Shown here one piece after another: positions 1 to 8,609 of a stretch of 33,834 nt of DNA. Positions within the stretch are counted from its first letter, which is position 1, and the number at the start of each line of letters is the position of its first letter. The notes beneath the pieces are model-generated. The model saw nothing but the letters and a program-made list of their open reading frames with translations. It did not search any database and was not told the origin of the DNA. The translations under genes and the position numbers were made by a program. The DNA comes from Candidatus Bathyarchaeia archaeon (lineage in GTDB: Archaea > Thermoproteota > Bathyarchaeia > Bathyarchaeales > Bathycorpusculaceae). The stretch spans positions 1 to 33,834 of the forward strand of contig JBMFMB010000016.1 in the NCBI GenBank assembly GCA_049970895.1, given 5' to 3'.

Positions 1-335
1 AGCAGAAACTCATCGAAAAGCTTCTCAATGTTTTCAGGCTTAGCCCTACTGATGAATAGGCTGAAAGTGTTATGCTTAGGCGTCCTATCTCCAAACTCGC
101 AGATCTCCCTTGCATAATGGCGCCTCTCAAGCCGTCTGCAAAGCTTCCTAACGGATGGTATAGCCTCAAAACGCATGAACATCAACGCCAAAAGCATGGA
201 ACGCACAGGATAACGAGGCCTACCCCTACCACTATTAGCGTACTCAGCCTCAACAAGGCTCACAGTTACCTTTATATCGATATTAGAGAACAATAACTTG
301 AGGGTGTCAAGAGGTAGTCGCAGAAACTTGTCCAA
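1..335 (-). mobile_element. IS transposase, N-terminal part (DUF772-like, IS5/IS1182-type DDE); runs off the left edge
   Basis: Not in the ORF track. The minus strand reads TTG(335)-DKFLRLPLDTLKLLFSNIDIKVTVSLVEAEYANSGRGRPRYPVRSMLLALMFMRFEAIPSVRKLCRRLERRHYAREICEFGDRTPKHNTFSLF, open to the edge. GRPxYP, SxRxL and PxHxTFSxF are typical of this domain. SD GGAGGTGA lies at 345-352. Confidence 0.85.
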
Positions 336-388
336 ATGGGTTTATCACCTCCTTCCGAGGTTGATTTAACTATCCCTTGACACCCTCA
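299..388 (-). promoter_or_regulatory. Inverted repeat (13 bp perfect, about 21 bp with G-U pairs) enclosing the transposase SD and start codon
   Basis: TGAGGGTGTCAAG (299-311) is the reverse complement of CTTGACACCCTCA (376-388). Pairing extends to 299-319 with 368-388. Confidence 0.7.
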
Positions 389-452
389 CCCCTATAAACA
401 TAACTAAGCCAAAAACAGCCCTATTTTGAGAAAAAGAGCCTAAAACTATTTA

Positions 453-977
453 ATGACCACTTATGCGCGCGGCGGAAAGAAGAGGGTTCTCATTGCAAGT
501 AATTCGAACTGGAGTGTGAAGGGGACGGACATCGCCATAAGAGCTTTAAGCAAGATTAAGGATTATGTGGACGTTAGCATTATCGCTTACGGCGTTGATT
601 TTGAAAGAACATTGTCTTTAGCTCATTCTCTTGACTTACATTTGAATGTGTTGCCAAAGGTTCCTCATGGAAAGCTTAACCAATACTACTGGAACGCCGA
701 CGTGGTTATTGACGGGTTTAAGCTCGGGTCATTAGGGATGGTTTCATTAGAAGCTATAGCATGCGGCAGACCAGTGGTGACATATATCTCATCAGAATAC
801 CGGGAATATGAAGACTTCCCGTTAAAGGATGTTCATGTGGAAGAAGATGTTGCTAAAGCGGTGAGCAAAGCAGATGCCAAGCTTTGGCAAAAGGAATACG
901 CCTACCTAGAGAAGAATCATAAGCCAGAAATTATTGTTCAAAAATTGTTATATGCGTATAATGATGCGACTAAATGA
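453..977 (+). pseudogene. Glycosyltransferase family 4 (GT-B), C-terminal half only; probably truncated by the IS
   Basis: Has KGTDIAIRAL and ADVVID...GMVSLEAIACGRPVV. Only 174 aa with no N-terminal Rossmann domain, and it abuts the IS end. Confidence 0.75.
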
Positions 978-1728
978 GGGCATCCCCCCAATGGTTCCAA
1001 AAATTTTAGCTGTTATACCGACACTGGATGATGATCCATCGGATACAATAAAAAGCTTAACGAGGCAAACAGTCAAAGTTTCAAAAATTCTTGTCGCAGT
1101 TGGTTCATGGAGGTTATATCAAAAACTGATTTCAAATGGTATTGACGTCGCAGAGTACTTTTATGTTAAACCAGATTTTAAAGACCCTGTTGGAAGAAGA
1201 ATAGCTGTTGCACTTAATTGTCTTCTATCTAAAGTTTGTTTAGAAGAGTATGATTATCTTTTGAGGGTAGACGCGGATACAATATTGCCAAATCGTTTTA
1301 TAGAGGAAAATTTGAATGCGGATGCTGATTATGTTGGTAAGGCAGGCTACGCTATGCTATTAAGAATGGATTGTTTTATCAAATTTTTCGGCGGTCGCTT
1401 TGTTGAGGTGGGAGCTGAAGATTCCTATATAGGATTGAAGCTTCTTAGCCAGGGATGCAGTGTAAAATCGTGGATATTGCCACCAAAACTGAGAAGAAGA
1501 AGCGGCGCCCATCACTCATGGAGATACTACTTCATTAGAGGAATGGAGATGTACAAGCTTGGCTACGAGCCAATTCACGTCATTGAAGTTTTGCGTCGTG
1601 ACATTAAAAACATCTTCACGACTTTGGGCTACTTTACTGCTATAGCAAAAAGAATTAAACGTTATGATATCGCAAGTTGGGTTTTTAGAACACAATTAAG
1701 GAGGCTGCTCTATGGAAAACGAAAGTAG
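961..1728 (+). CDS. Glycosyltransferase family 2 (GT-A)
   Basis: Has AVIPTLD at the N-terminus, SLTRQT, a DxD motif (RVDADT) and GAED. Start is uncertain (961/964/991). Confidence 0.85.
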   Translation: MMRLNEGIPPMVPKILAVIPTLDDDPSDTIKSLTRQTVKVSKILVAVGSWRLYQKLISNGIDVAEYFYVKPDFKDPVGRRIAVALNCLLSKVCLEEYDYLLRVDADTILPNRFIEENLNADADYVGKAGYAMLLRMDCFIKFFGGRFVEVGAEDSYIGLKLLSQGCSVKSWILPPKLRRRSGAHHSWRYYFIRGMEMYKLGYEPIHVIEVLRRDIKNIFTTLGYFTAIAKRIKRYDIASWVFRTQLRRLLYGKRK

Positions 1729-1734
1729 TTTCCC

Positions 1735-1940
1735 CTAAAACCCATTAATTGCCGCTTCTATTTGCTTCACTCTCTTTTCCCAAGTATTTTCCTCTGCAAT
1801 CTTTAGTAAAAGATCAGCATTTGCTTTAGGATTCTCAACAGCTTCTTTACAAAATTTGATAAATCTTCTTTATCTTTGTGCAATAAGATGTGATCTTTAA
1901 GTCTATAACTTCTGTAAATTTGTAGCGACTACGTGCCCGC
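1735..1940 (-). pseudogene. C-terminal fragment of a second GT4 glycosyltransferase
   Basis: Frameshifted reading GHVVATNL...FIKFCKEAVENPKANADLLLKIAEENTWEKRVKQIEAAINGF* matches the GT4 ending (PVVxT...NTWxxRV). Confidence 0.65.
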
Positions 1941-1973
1941 CTAAATTAGTTGGCAAGGTTGGTGTAGCTTTTA

Positions 1974-2192
1974 GGTGCTGACTAATGGCATAAGCATGGC
2001 TAGGTTCGCTCTACCTTGTTCATCTGGCGGCTGTTCTAGATTTGTTGTAGTTGTTGGTGTAAAGGTGAATTTTCTCTTTTAAGCAGCCTCTAAACGTTGC
2101 GCTCTAAGTCTGAAAACTGAAAATTCCGTTTCAACGGTGTTTACGTGAACTTTGCCCCTTGCATACTCGCCTCTGCTGTGGTTTACGGTCTC
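1974..2192 (-). mobile_element. IS1595-family transposase remnant (3' end) with a possible terminal repeat
   Basis: Reads ETVNHSRGEYARGKVHVNTVETEFSVFR, then after a frameshift TFRGCLKEKIHLY, matching the IS1595 VNHS/NTxE/RGxxKxHLY motifs. GGTGCTGAC at 1974 resembles IS1016-group ends. Confidence 0.8.
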
Positions 2193-2434
2193 CAAGTGAA
2201 TCCGCTTCGCCAACGTTGCGCCAGCTAAGTGGTGGAGCTGAAGAGAGCGTTAAAAGTCAAGCAGATACGCTAGATTATAATTATGTTAACTTTAAATCGA
2301 ATTCGTTTTGGTTTGAATTACGCGAGGTAAGCGAGGTTGCTTTTGCCTGATTATTTCCTTTTTGTTTGGTAATTTTCTTTTTGTATAGCAAAATTTATAA
2401 GTATTACTTTGAGTTCTTTTGTATGGTGAATTTA

Positions 2435-2674
2435 ATGAAGTATACTTCGACGGTGACTGAAAAAGGGATGATAACCCTTCCAGCCGAGCTTAGACGCAAA
2501 CATTCCATAAAGAAGGGTTCTAAGGTGAAATTTATAGAAACCGAGAGGGGCATCTTAATAGTGCCTATTCCCAGCTTGGAGGATCTCTTCGGCATCGACC
2601 CTACCATGAAAGAGGTGGCGAAAGCCATTTCTGAGGGGCGCCGCGAGGAAATTAAACTTGAAACAGAAAAGTAA
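2435..2674 (+). CDS. vapB: AbrB/MazE/SpoVT-family antitoxin (VapB)
   Basis: Has VTEKGMITLPAELRRKHSIKKGSKVKF. SD GGTGA lies at 2425 and a TATA-like TTTATAAG at about 2394. Overlaps the PIN gene. Confidence 0.9.
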   Translation: MKYTSTVTEKGMITLPAELRRKHSIKKGSKVKFIETERGILIVPIPSLEDLFGIDPTMKEVAKAISEGRREEIKLETEK

Positions 2675-3083
2675 ATATCTCCTAGACGCTGGAATCTTCC
2701 CGCTGATCTTGGCAGGAGACCCTAATGTGAAACCTTTGGTGGAGGAAATAGCCTCAGGAAAGGCGGAGCCAATGGCATGTGAAGTAAACCTAGCTGAGTT
2801 CTATGCCAAAACATGCGAAAAGATGGGACGAGAAGTGGCGGAAACATATTATTTAAGGATACGGTGCCAGCCAAAAATGACGATAATAGCTCCAAATGAG
2901 GAAATGACAAGAAGTGCTGGGATGCTGAAGTGCAAATATAGAGGAAACGTATCATTGGCAGACTGCTATGCAGCAGCTTCGGCATTATTGTGTAAAGCAA
3001 CCCTCATAACAACAGACACAAACCTGCACAAAATGGCAACTTCAGAGAAAATACCGACGAAAATAATCCCATTAACGTCATAA
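2658..3083 (+). CDS. vapC: PIN-domain toxin (VapC)
   Basis: PIN acidic motifs YLLDAG, NLAE, SLADC and LITTD. Confidence 0.9.
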   Translation: MKQKSKYLLDAGIFPLILAGDPNVKPLVEEIASGKAEPMACEVNLAEFYAKTCEKMGREVAETYYLRIRCQPKMTIIAPNEEMTRSAGMLKCKYRGNVSLADCYAAASALLCKATLITTDTNLHKMATSEKIPTKIIPLTS

Positions 3084-3195
3084 GCCGCCATGGTGTTGCG
3101 AACATTTATGTTCCAACTTCGTTTTCTAACGGGACATCAACAAGTCCAGAAGCATATATTGATCGCTAGCATTAGTACAGGAAAAACTATGTAGG

Positions 3196-3582
3196 TTAAA
3201 GCTCATTTGTTTTAAATGTTTTTACGTATTTTTTCCCTTTTTCGTATAGTTTCTCGTCATCAGTTATTAGTGTTAAGTTATTTTGAATTGCGGCATGAAT
3301 GTACGCGGCGTCATAGAAAGTTATACCCTCTTCGGCGGCTATTTTTAATGCTTCCAGACCGTTTTCTTTTTCGGGTTTTTTAAGTTTGTTGTAAATTTCA
3401 AGTAAAGGATCTAACAATATTTTGGCTTCATCAGGGCTTAATTTTTTATGTATGTAAGTTTGCTTCCAGACGGCGTTTCCAAGCTCGTAAAAGGCGAGGT
3501 TTAGGGTCCATCCTAGAAGCAACTTATCCAGTTTCTTTTCTCCACAAAGATTTATTATGGCAGAAGAATCGAAGAGGTTCAT
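3196..3582 (-). CDS. vapC: PIN-domain toxin (VapC)
   Basis: Has FDSSAII, YELGNAVWK, ITFYDAAYI and LITDDEKL. Confidence 0.92.
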   Translation of the reverse strand: MNLFDSSAIINLCGEKKLDKLLLGWTLNLAFYELGNAVWKQTYIHKKLSPDEAKILLDPLLEIYNKLKKPEKENGLEALKIAAEEGITFYDAAYIHAAIQNNLTLITDDEKLYEKGKKYVKTFKTNEL

Positions 3583-3806
3583 CGTTCCTCCCTGCTTTCC
3601 CTTACAGCTTTAACCCAGCCATCCTTACCTATTCTTAATATTAACTCGCTGGCCTTCTCCATTTTTTGGTAAAGTCTCTGCCTCATTCTTTCCTCAACCT
3701 CTTTTTTAAGGGACTCTCTAATGACCTCCGAGGGTTTTATGCCGAGCTCAGCTAATTTTTTCCTAAGTTCCTCTTCAATTTTAGCCGAAACAGTTACGTA
3801 TTTCAT
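3579..3806 (-). CDS. vapB: Antitoxin (VapB, RHH-like)
   Basis: Has VTVSAKI...IKPSEVIRESL...WVKAVRESREER. ATGA overlap with vapC. Confidence 0.88.
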   Translation of the reverse strand: MKYVTVSAKIEEELRKKLAELGIKPSEVIRESLKKEVEERMRQRLYQKMEKASELILRIGKDGWVKAVRESREER

Positions 3807-3943
3807 TATACCACTGAAAGGTATTACAATAATTTACTATAAAAACGTTACTACAAAAATTAGCTGCTCCCTCGCAAATTTTAAACAAAAACCAACGTTT
3901 AGGACCTTGAAGGCTGAAGGCCTAATGGAAATCATCATTGGGT

Positions 3944-4165
3944 AGGCTTAGGAATGCTGGGTTGTTAAAGGCGAAATAGTAGTATGTGATGCAACATTGA
4001 TTAAAGCCCACAGTAAACGTGACCCAAAGGATGATTGTAGGGATATTCCGATTCGGAGGCTAGGGTTGGTAGGCTGAGGGGCCTATACAAACACTTCAGA
4101 GCCCATGACCCAAAAAACCTAAAGAAGCTTTACACATACAAGGCTTCAGCAGAAAAAGTCATATA
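3944..4165 (+). pseudogene. Internally deleted, frameshifted IS5-like DDE transposase
   Basis: Reads GEIVVCDATLIKAHSKRDPKDD / YSDSEARVGR (first catalytic Asp region), joined to KKLYTYKASAEKV (degenerate YxxRxxxE). Confidence 0.75.
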
Positions 4166-4319
4166 ACAAGCATCGCATAAAATTAACGAGAAAACATCAA
4201 TTTAGCAACACCTATCGCTTACTATTCAGATTTTCCGAAGCAAAGTATGTTTTAAGTCTAAATTTAAGATGGGAAGACTTTTAAATTTTTGTACGCTTTT
4301 AACTGTTTAGGGTTTAAAT

Positions 4320-5081
4320 TTGAGTGTAGAAATCAGGCAGAGGTTTTTGAGGCTTCTCCGCGAGGATGAAGAGTTCAGATATGCAGTAGCTGGCATGATA
4401 GGTTTAGATGAAATTTTGAGGCGTCAAGAAGCCCACGACGAAAAGTTCGCGGAAATAGTAAAACGCTTAGACGCCCATGACCAAAAGTTCATAGAAATTA
4501 TTAAACGCCTAGAAACCCACGACGAAAAGTTTGCTGAAATAGTTAAACGGTTAGAAGTCCACGATCAAAAGTTTGGAGAGATTATTAAACGCCTGGAGGT
4601 ACACGACGAAAAGTTCGCGGAAATAGTAAAACGCTTAGACGCCCATGAAGAGGAGTTGGTGAGGCTTAGGAGGGACATGCTCAGCGGCTTCGAGCGTATG
4701 GATAGACATTTAAGCGCTTTAGGTGCAAGATGGGGTTTAATGGCTGAGGAAGCTTTCAGGGAAGGCTTAAGAGGTTTAATAGAGAGGGAATTCGGCTATA
4801 AAGTTCAAAAGTGGGTTAAATTTGACGAGAAAGGTCTTGTCTTAGGCTACCCAAGCCAAATAGAAGTCGACGTAGCTGTCAGCGACGAAAAAACAATTTT
4901 GGTTGAAATCAAATCCCAAACAACAGCCTCAGATGTTTACATGCTTAAAAGAAAGGCAGAATTCTACCAAAAAATTGAGAAAAGGAAACCCCACAAACTT
5001 ATTATAGTGACGCCCTACGCCGAAGAAAAAGCGTTAGAAGCGGCAAAGCATTTAGGGATAGAAATATACACAAAAGTTTAA
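4320..5081 (+). CDS. Coiled-coil repeat protein with a C-terminal PD-(D/E)XK nuclease-like domain (DUF3782/DUF1626-type)
   Basis: Has LLREDEEFRYAVAG at the N-terminus, ALGARWG, and EVDVAV...LVEIKS. Confidence 0.88.
   Translation: MSVEIRQRFLRLLREDEEFRYAVAGMIGLDEILRRQEAHDEKFAEIVKRLDAHDQKFIEIIKRLETHDEKFAEIVKRLEVHDQKFGEIIKRLEVHDEKFAEIVKRLDAHEEELVRLRRDMLSGFERMDRHLSALGARWGLMAEEAFREGLRGLIEREFGYKVQKWVKFDEKGLVLGYPSQIEVDVAVSDEKTILVEIKSQTTASDVYMLKRKAEFYQKIEKRKPHKLIIVTPYAEEKALEAAKHLGIEIYTKV
4431..4648 (+). repeat. Five in-frame 42-bp tandem units (xHDE/QKFxEIV/IKRLE/D)
   Basis: Units start at 4431, 4473, 4515, 4557 and 4599 in an alternating A/B pattern. Units 1 and 5 are near-identical. Confidence 0.95.
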
Positions 5082-5139
5082 ATGGTGAAAACGGCAATTT
5101 TAGCAAATTAAAAACGTATCCTTAAAGAACGCGCGACTA

Positions 5140-5217
5140 TACGATAATTTTTCAAGCTTATTTCCACAAGCTTTGGCAAATATCCTCATCCAGCATCACA
5201 GTTGTACGTTTAACCAG
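5140..5217 (-). pseudogene. Frameshifted RHH/CopG-type antitoxin fragment
   Basis: Reads VKRTTVMLDEDICQ, then after a frameshift KLVEISLKNY. Confidence 0.55.
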
Positions 5218-5259
5218 CGCGCACTCTAAAAAGAAAAGCGAGATCGGTTTTAATCCTTA

Positions 5260-5407
5260 GTGAGAAATGAATCTGATTCCGGTATTCATGTTATTTTGCA
5301 GCCGAAATTCTTCAGCGTAGCCACCGGTTTAGCATTCTGATACATGATTACTTGTTCTACAAGCTAAGCGTATTCCAAAGCTTGTTTTAATATGAATATT
5401 GCACTTC
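5260..5407 (+). pseudogene. Decayed copy of the 5' end of the flippase gene
   Basis: TTTTGCAGCCGAAATTCTTCAGCGTAGCCACCGGTTTAGCATTCTGATACATGATT aligns with TTTTGCAGCAAAAATAATCAGCATCGCCACTGGCCTAGCATTCCAGTACATGATT (about 6035-6089). Confidence 0.75.
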
Positions 5408-5480
5408 GGTCCACGTGATAAATTGTATGCATAATCTTATTTATCCGGTTTTATTTAAGTTTATTCGGTGAATCGAGTAA

Positions 5481-5714
5481 ATGGAGAAAAGTCGAGTTGG
5501 TTCGAAAGGGGAGCTGTTCCTTCCTAAAAAATTTAGGGAAAAATTAGGCTTAAAAGCGCATACGAAGGTGATTTACAAAATCGAGGATGGAAGGCTTATA
5601 GTGGAGCTTGTGCCAAGCATCGAGGAACTCCTTAAAGAGCCTCCTATGGTCGAAATAAGCCTTGAAGAATTTCACGAACTTAGAAAGGAACTGTGCCGGA
5701 AAGTTGAAACTTGA
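5481..5714 (+). CDS. AbrB/MazE-family antitoxin
   Basis: Has SRVGSKGELFLPKKFREKLGL. SD GGTGA upstream. Confidence 0.88.
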   Translation: MEKSRVGSKGELFLPKKFREKLGLKAHTKVIYKIEDGRLIVELVPSIEELLKEPPMVEISLEEFHELRKELCRKVET

Positions 5715-5814
5715 AACTTCTTTTAGATACTACATATTTTCTACCCTCATTGGAATAGCCATCAAAATTTATCAAGAATTAATAACCATGAAGAATCCAA
5801 ATTCAAATATGTAA
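5711..5814 (+). pseudogene. Truncated PIN toxin
   Basis: A TTGA overlap with the antitoxin gives MKLLLDTTYFLP, then a frameshift (IGIAIK) and an early stop. Confidence 0.7.
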
Positions 5815-5990
5815 ACTAGCGAATATCATATAACAAAGCATAAATAACAGTTTTAGCTTTCCAGCCCCTCCCCAGCAAACCAAACAACCAACAAAATTCG
5901 CTGTTTATAGCGGAAATTGAATATTAATAAGTCAAAAGCAAATTATCAATACTTTCAAAAGTCTATCATCCGCTAATAATTGGTGGAATC

Positions 5991-7484
5991 TTGACTAAAA
6001 ATGAGATCCGCGTCCAATATTCCGGCTTCATAATTTTTGCAGCAAAAATAATCAGCATCGCCACTGGCCTAGCATTCCAGTACATGATTGCCCGTTCCAC
6101 CAGCCAGGTGGAATATGGAGTTTTGTTTAACATAAACGATGTATTAGCATACTTCACAATAATGGCTGGAATATTCCCATTCTGGATAATGCGTTTTGTA
6201 GCAAGAGCCGAAAAAGGTGTAGTAAAAACTGGCGTGTTGGTGAACCTAGCCATATCCATAGCCGCAACAATAATCTATTTACCACTAATACCGCTAATAG
6301 CATCAGCGCTTGGCGTCCAACAATACGCCAACCTATACATGCTTGCCTCAATACAAATAATTGAGCTCTACTTGCTCAACGCCCTTGAAGCCTGCCTTAG
6401 AGCAAAGAAACCTCAGACATTAGGTTACGGACTATTAATAGCAGAAGCATTCAAGATTCTCCTAGCATACATCCTCATAATCGGGCTTAAAAAACCATTA
6501 GAGGGAGCATTAATAAGCCTAACCGTGGCTATTGCGTCACAGCTAATCTACTACCTGAAACTGCTCATAGAAGACCTAAGACAAAACGTCAAATGGGCTT
6601 ATGTAAAAGAGTGGCTGAAGGGTTCCATCGCAAACATCTATAATGTTCTGGGCAACCAGATAGCTTCCTTCATCTTTATAATGCTCTTCACTTACGGCGG
6701 AGAAACAGCCAGAAGCAATTATGGAGCAGCAGCTCAAATAGCAAACATAATAACATACTCATCTTTTCTTGCTTTTGCCCTATACCCAAAACTTCTAGCA
6801 GAGAAAAGCAGCCAAGACATAACAACATCCATAAAAACAGTCTTAATGTTCGCAATACCCATGACCGCCGGAGCCCTCACACTACCAGATTTATACCTCA
6901 CCACAATCTTTAAAGAGACATATAGAGGTGCATGGCAAGTATTAATGGCTTTAGCCGTGGACTCCTTTGTGGTGACGATATCCTCACTATTCAGCTTTGT
7001 GCTTTTTGGGCTTGAAAAAATAGATGAAGAGGCAAAAATACCCTTCAAACAGCTCGTTAAAAGTCGGCTGTTTGTAGTCTTCTCATTACCATACATTCAC
7101 TCGGCCATAACCATACCGATATCATATTATGTGTTAACAGCATACACATGGAACCAGCCAATACGGTCTGCCCTTGCAGTAGCCATTATAAACTTGGCAG
7201 CCCGCTTCGCCATGTTCATAATATTGTACTACATGGTCTGCAAAATGGTTAGTATAGAAATTCCATGGAAAAACATCATCAAATACATTTTCGCCTCAAT
7301 AATCATGAGTGGCGCCCTCTTCTTGACCAAAGAGACGCTTAAACCATACAGAGTCTATCAGATTTTAGGCTTAACAGCTTTCGGCGGTATTTTCTATCTC
7401 GCCATGCTTTCCGCAATAGATGCAGATACGAAAACGCTTATGAAAACAGTTTGGCAAGAGATAAAAATCAAAATAGGCGATTAA
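5991..7484 (+). CDS. Polysaccharide/oligosaccharide flippase (Wzx/MOP superfamily)
   Basis: 497 aa with about 13-14 hydrophobic segments, EYGVLF near the N-terminus and ALYPKLL. Lies next to glycosyltransferases. Confidence 0.8.
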   Translation: MTKNEIRVQYSGFIIFAAKIISIATGLAFQYMIARSTSQVEYGVLFNINDVLAYFTIMAGIFPFWIMRFVARAEKGVVKTGVLVNLAISIAATIIYLPLIPLIASALGVQQYANLYMLASIQIIELYLLNALEACLRAKKPQTLGYGLLIAEAFKILLAYILIIGLKKPLEGALISLTVAIASQLIYYLKLLIEDLRQNVKWAYVKEWLKGSIANIYNVLGNQIASFIFIMLFTYGGETARSNYGAAAQIANIITYSSFLAFALYPKLLAEKSSQDITTSIKTVLMFAIPMTAGALTLPDLYLTTIFKETYRGAWQVLMALAVDSFVVTISSLFSFVLFGLEKIDEEAKIPFKQLVKSRLFVVFSLPYIHSAITIPISYYVLTAYTWNQPIRSALAVAIINLAARFAMFIILYYMVCKMVSIEIPWKNIIKYIFASIIMSGALFLTKETLKPYRVYQILGLTAFGGIFYLAMLSAIDADTKTLMKTVWQEIKIKIGD

Positions 7485-7489
7485 AGGTT

Positions 7490-8005
7490 TAAGCGTCACT
7501 GTTCCATAAAAAGTGTTTTTAGGCTTTTATAAAAGCGTCATAGTTGGTCCCATAAAGCGCAACTTTCTTTTTCTCGTTCCCCCTTCTAATCAAGAGGAGC
7601 AGGTGCTCGTTGTCCGCTAACACAAAGGTTGGAAGTTCTTCAGCGTTTAACCATGAACACTTCGCCCTCTTCAGCTTTGTATTCTCATGGAAAAAGCATG
7701 CCTTTGGGGACTAGATAGTTAAAAGCTGAACGTTCACGCCTCTTTTTGATGTTTTCAAGCTTGTCTAAGAAGTGAATGATAAAAGTTTGCGATGTAACAT
7801 TACGAGACAAAGACAAGAATTTCGTTTAAAGCCTTGCTATTATTTCGTCAGCTTTCAAGTTTATTTGCTCCTTACCCTCCAAAATTTGGAAAACCTCCTT
7901 CCTCTCAAGTTCAACCTCATGCTTTGGAGGCGAAAGCCGCAGGTCAACGAGTTTTTGCCGCTTCCAAAGCGGCTTAGTCCCCTTTATTTCAACTTACTCC
8001 TCCTC
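7490..8005 (-). pseudogene. Decayed TrmB-like transcription regulator (middle and C-terminal parts)
   Basis: Broken frames read EVFQILEGKEQINLKADEII, FLDKLE and EELPTFVLADNEHLLLLIRRGNEKKKVALYGTNYDAFIKA. Confidence 0.55.
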
Positions 8006-8123
8006 TAATTCAAAGTCACAAATCAAATCGGTGCGCGCATATTTTATACTTCTGAATTCAAAATACAATAACACACAAAAACCTTAAAACCGATAAAAAC
8101 AGCATAATGATGAGAGAGGAGAA

Positions 8124-8609
8124 ATGGAGAAGCTGGGCTTAACCATAAGCCCAAAGCACCTTATCTTTCCGAAAAACAATCACTGGTTGAGGAGAATACT
8201 ACTCGTATTCGTCTTCATCCTTTTCGACTGCCTTTCAACAATAATTCTTTGCCATGATCCATCAAAGGAAGCAAACGTTTATGCACGGGTTTTTATGAAA
8301 ACCTTTGGCATTCCAGCAGGATTAACACTATTCGTCTTTTTAGCCAACATTCCAATTTACATAGTATTAAGCATGGACTCACACTTTGTAAGATTTCCAA
8401 CGAGAACCGCTGTGGTCGCAGAAGCATTCACAGATTTCGTTTTTGCATGGTTCATAGCTGGCTTGCACTTTAGCGGAGGAACAAGCTGGTTTTGGCATTC
8501 ACCGGACATCGAGCGCCAGTTTCTCGGCATGATGCTTTATCTTTGTGCAACCTTCACCATTGTAAAGCCCCACAAAATACATTATGACGAACAAGAGGCT
8601 ACTGCGTAA
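8124..8609 (+). CDS. Small membrane protein (DUF5658-like)
   Basis: Four hydrophobic helices and a DxLST...EAN motif. SD GAGGAG. Confidence 0.7.
   Translation: MEKLGLTISPKHLIFPKNNHWLRRILLVFVFILFDCLSTIILCHDPSKEANVYARVFMKTFGIPAGLTLFVFLANIPIYIVLSMDSHFVRFPTRTAVVAEAFTDFVFAWFIAGLHFSGGTSWFWHSPDIERQFLGMMLYLCATFTIVKPHKIHYDEQEATA

Larger units (their letters stand above)
3092..4212. mobile_element. Degenerate IS bounded by imperfect terminal inverted repeats, enclosing a vapBC pair and a transposase remnant
   Basis: Left GGTGTTGCGAACATTTATGTT (3092-3112) versus the reverse complement of 4193-4212, GGTGTTGCTAA-ATTGATGTT: 18/21 match. No clear target-site duplication. Confidence 0.55.

Noticed and set aside
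72-296. 74-aa + strand ORF
   Set aside because: It is the antisense shadow of the transposase, which has clear motifs and an SD.
2159-2350. 63-aa ORF
   Set aside because: It overlaps the IS1595 remnant in antisense and has no recognisable motif.
4431-4648. Possible CRISPR array
   Set aside because: The repeats are contiguous and in frame, with no unique spacers. No cas genes are present in the window.
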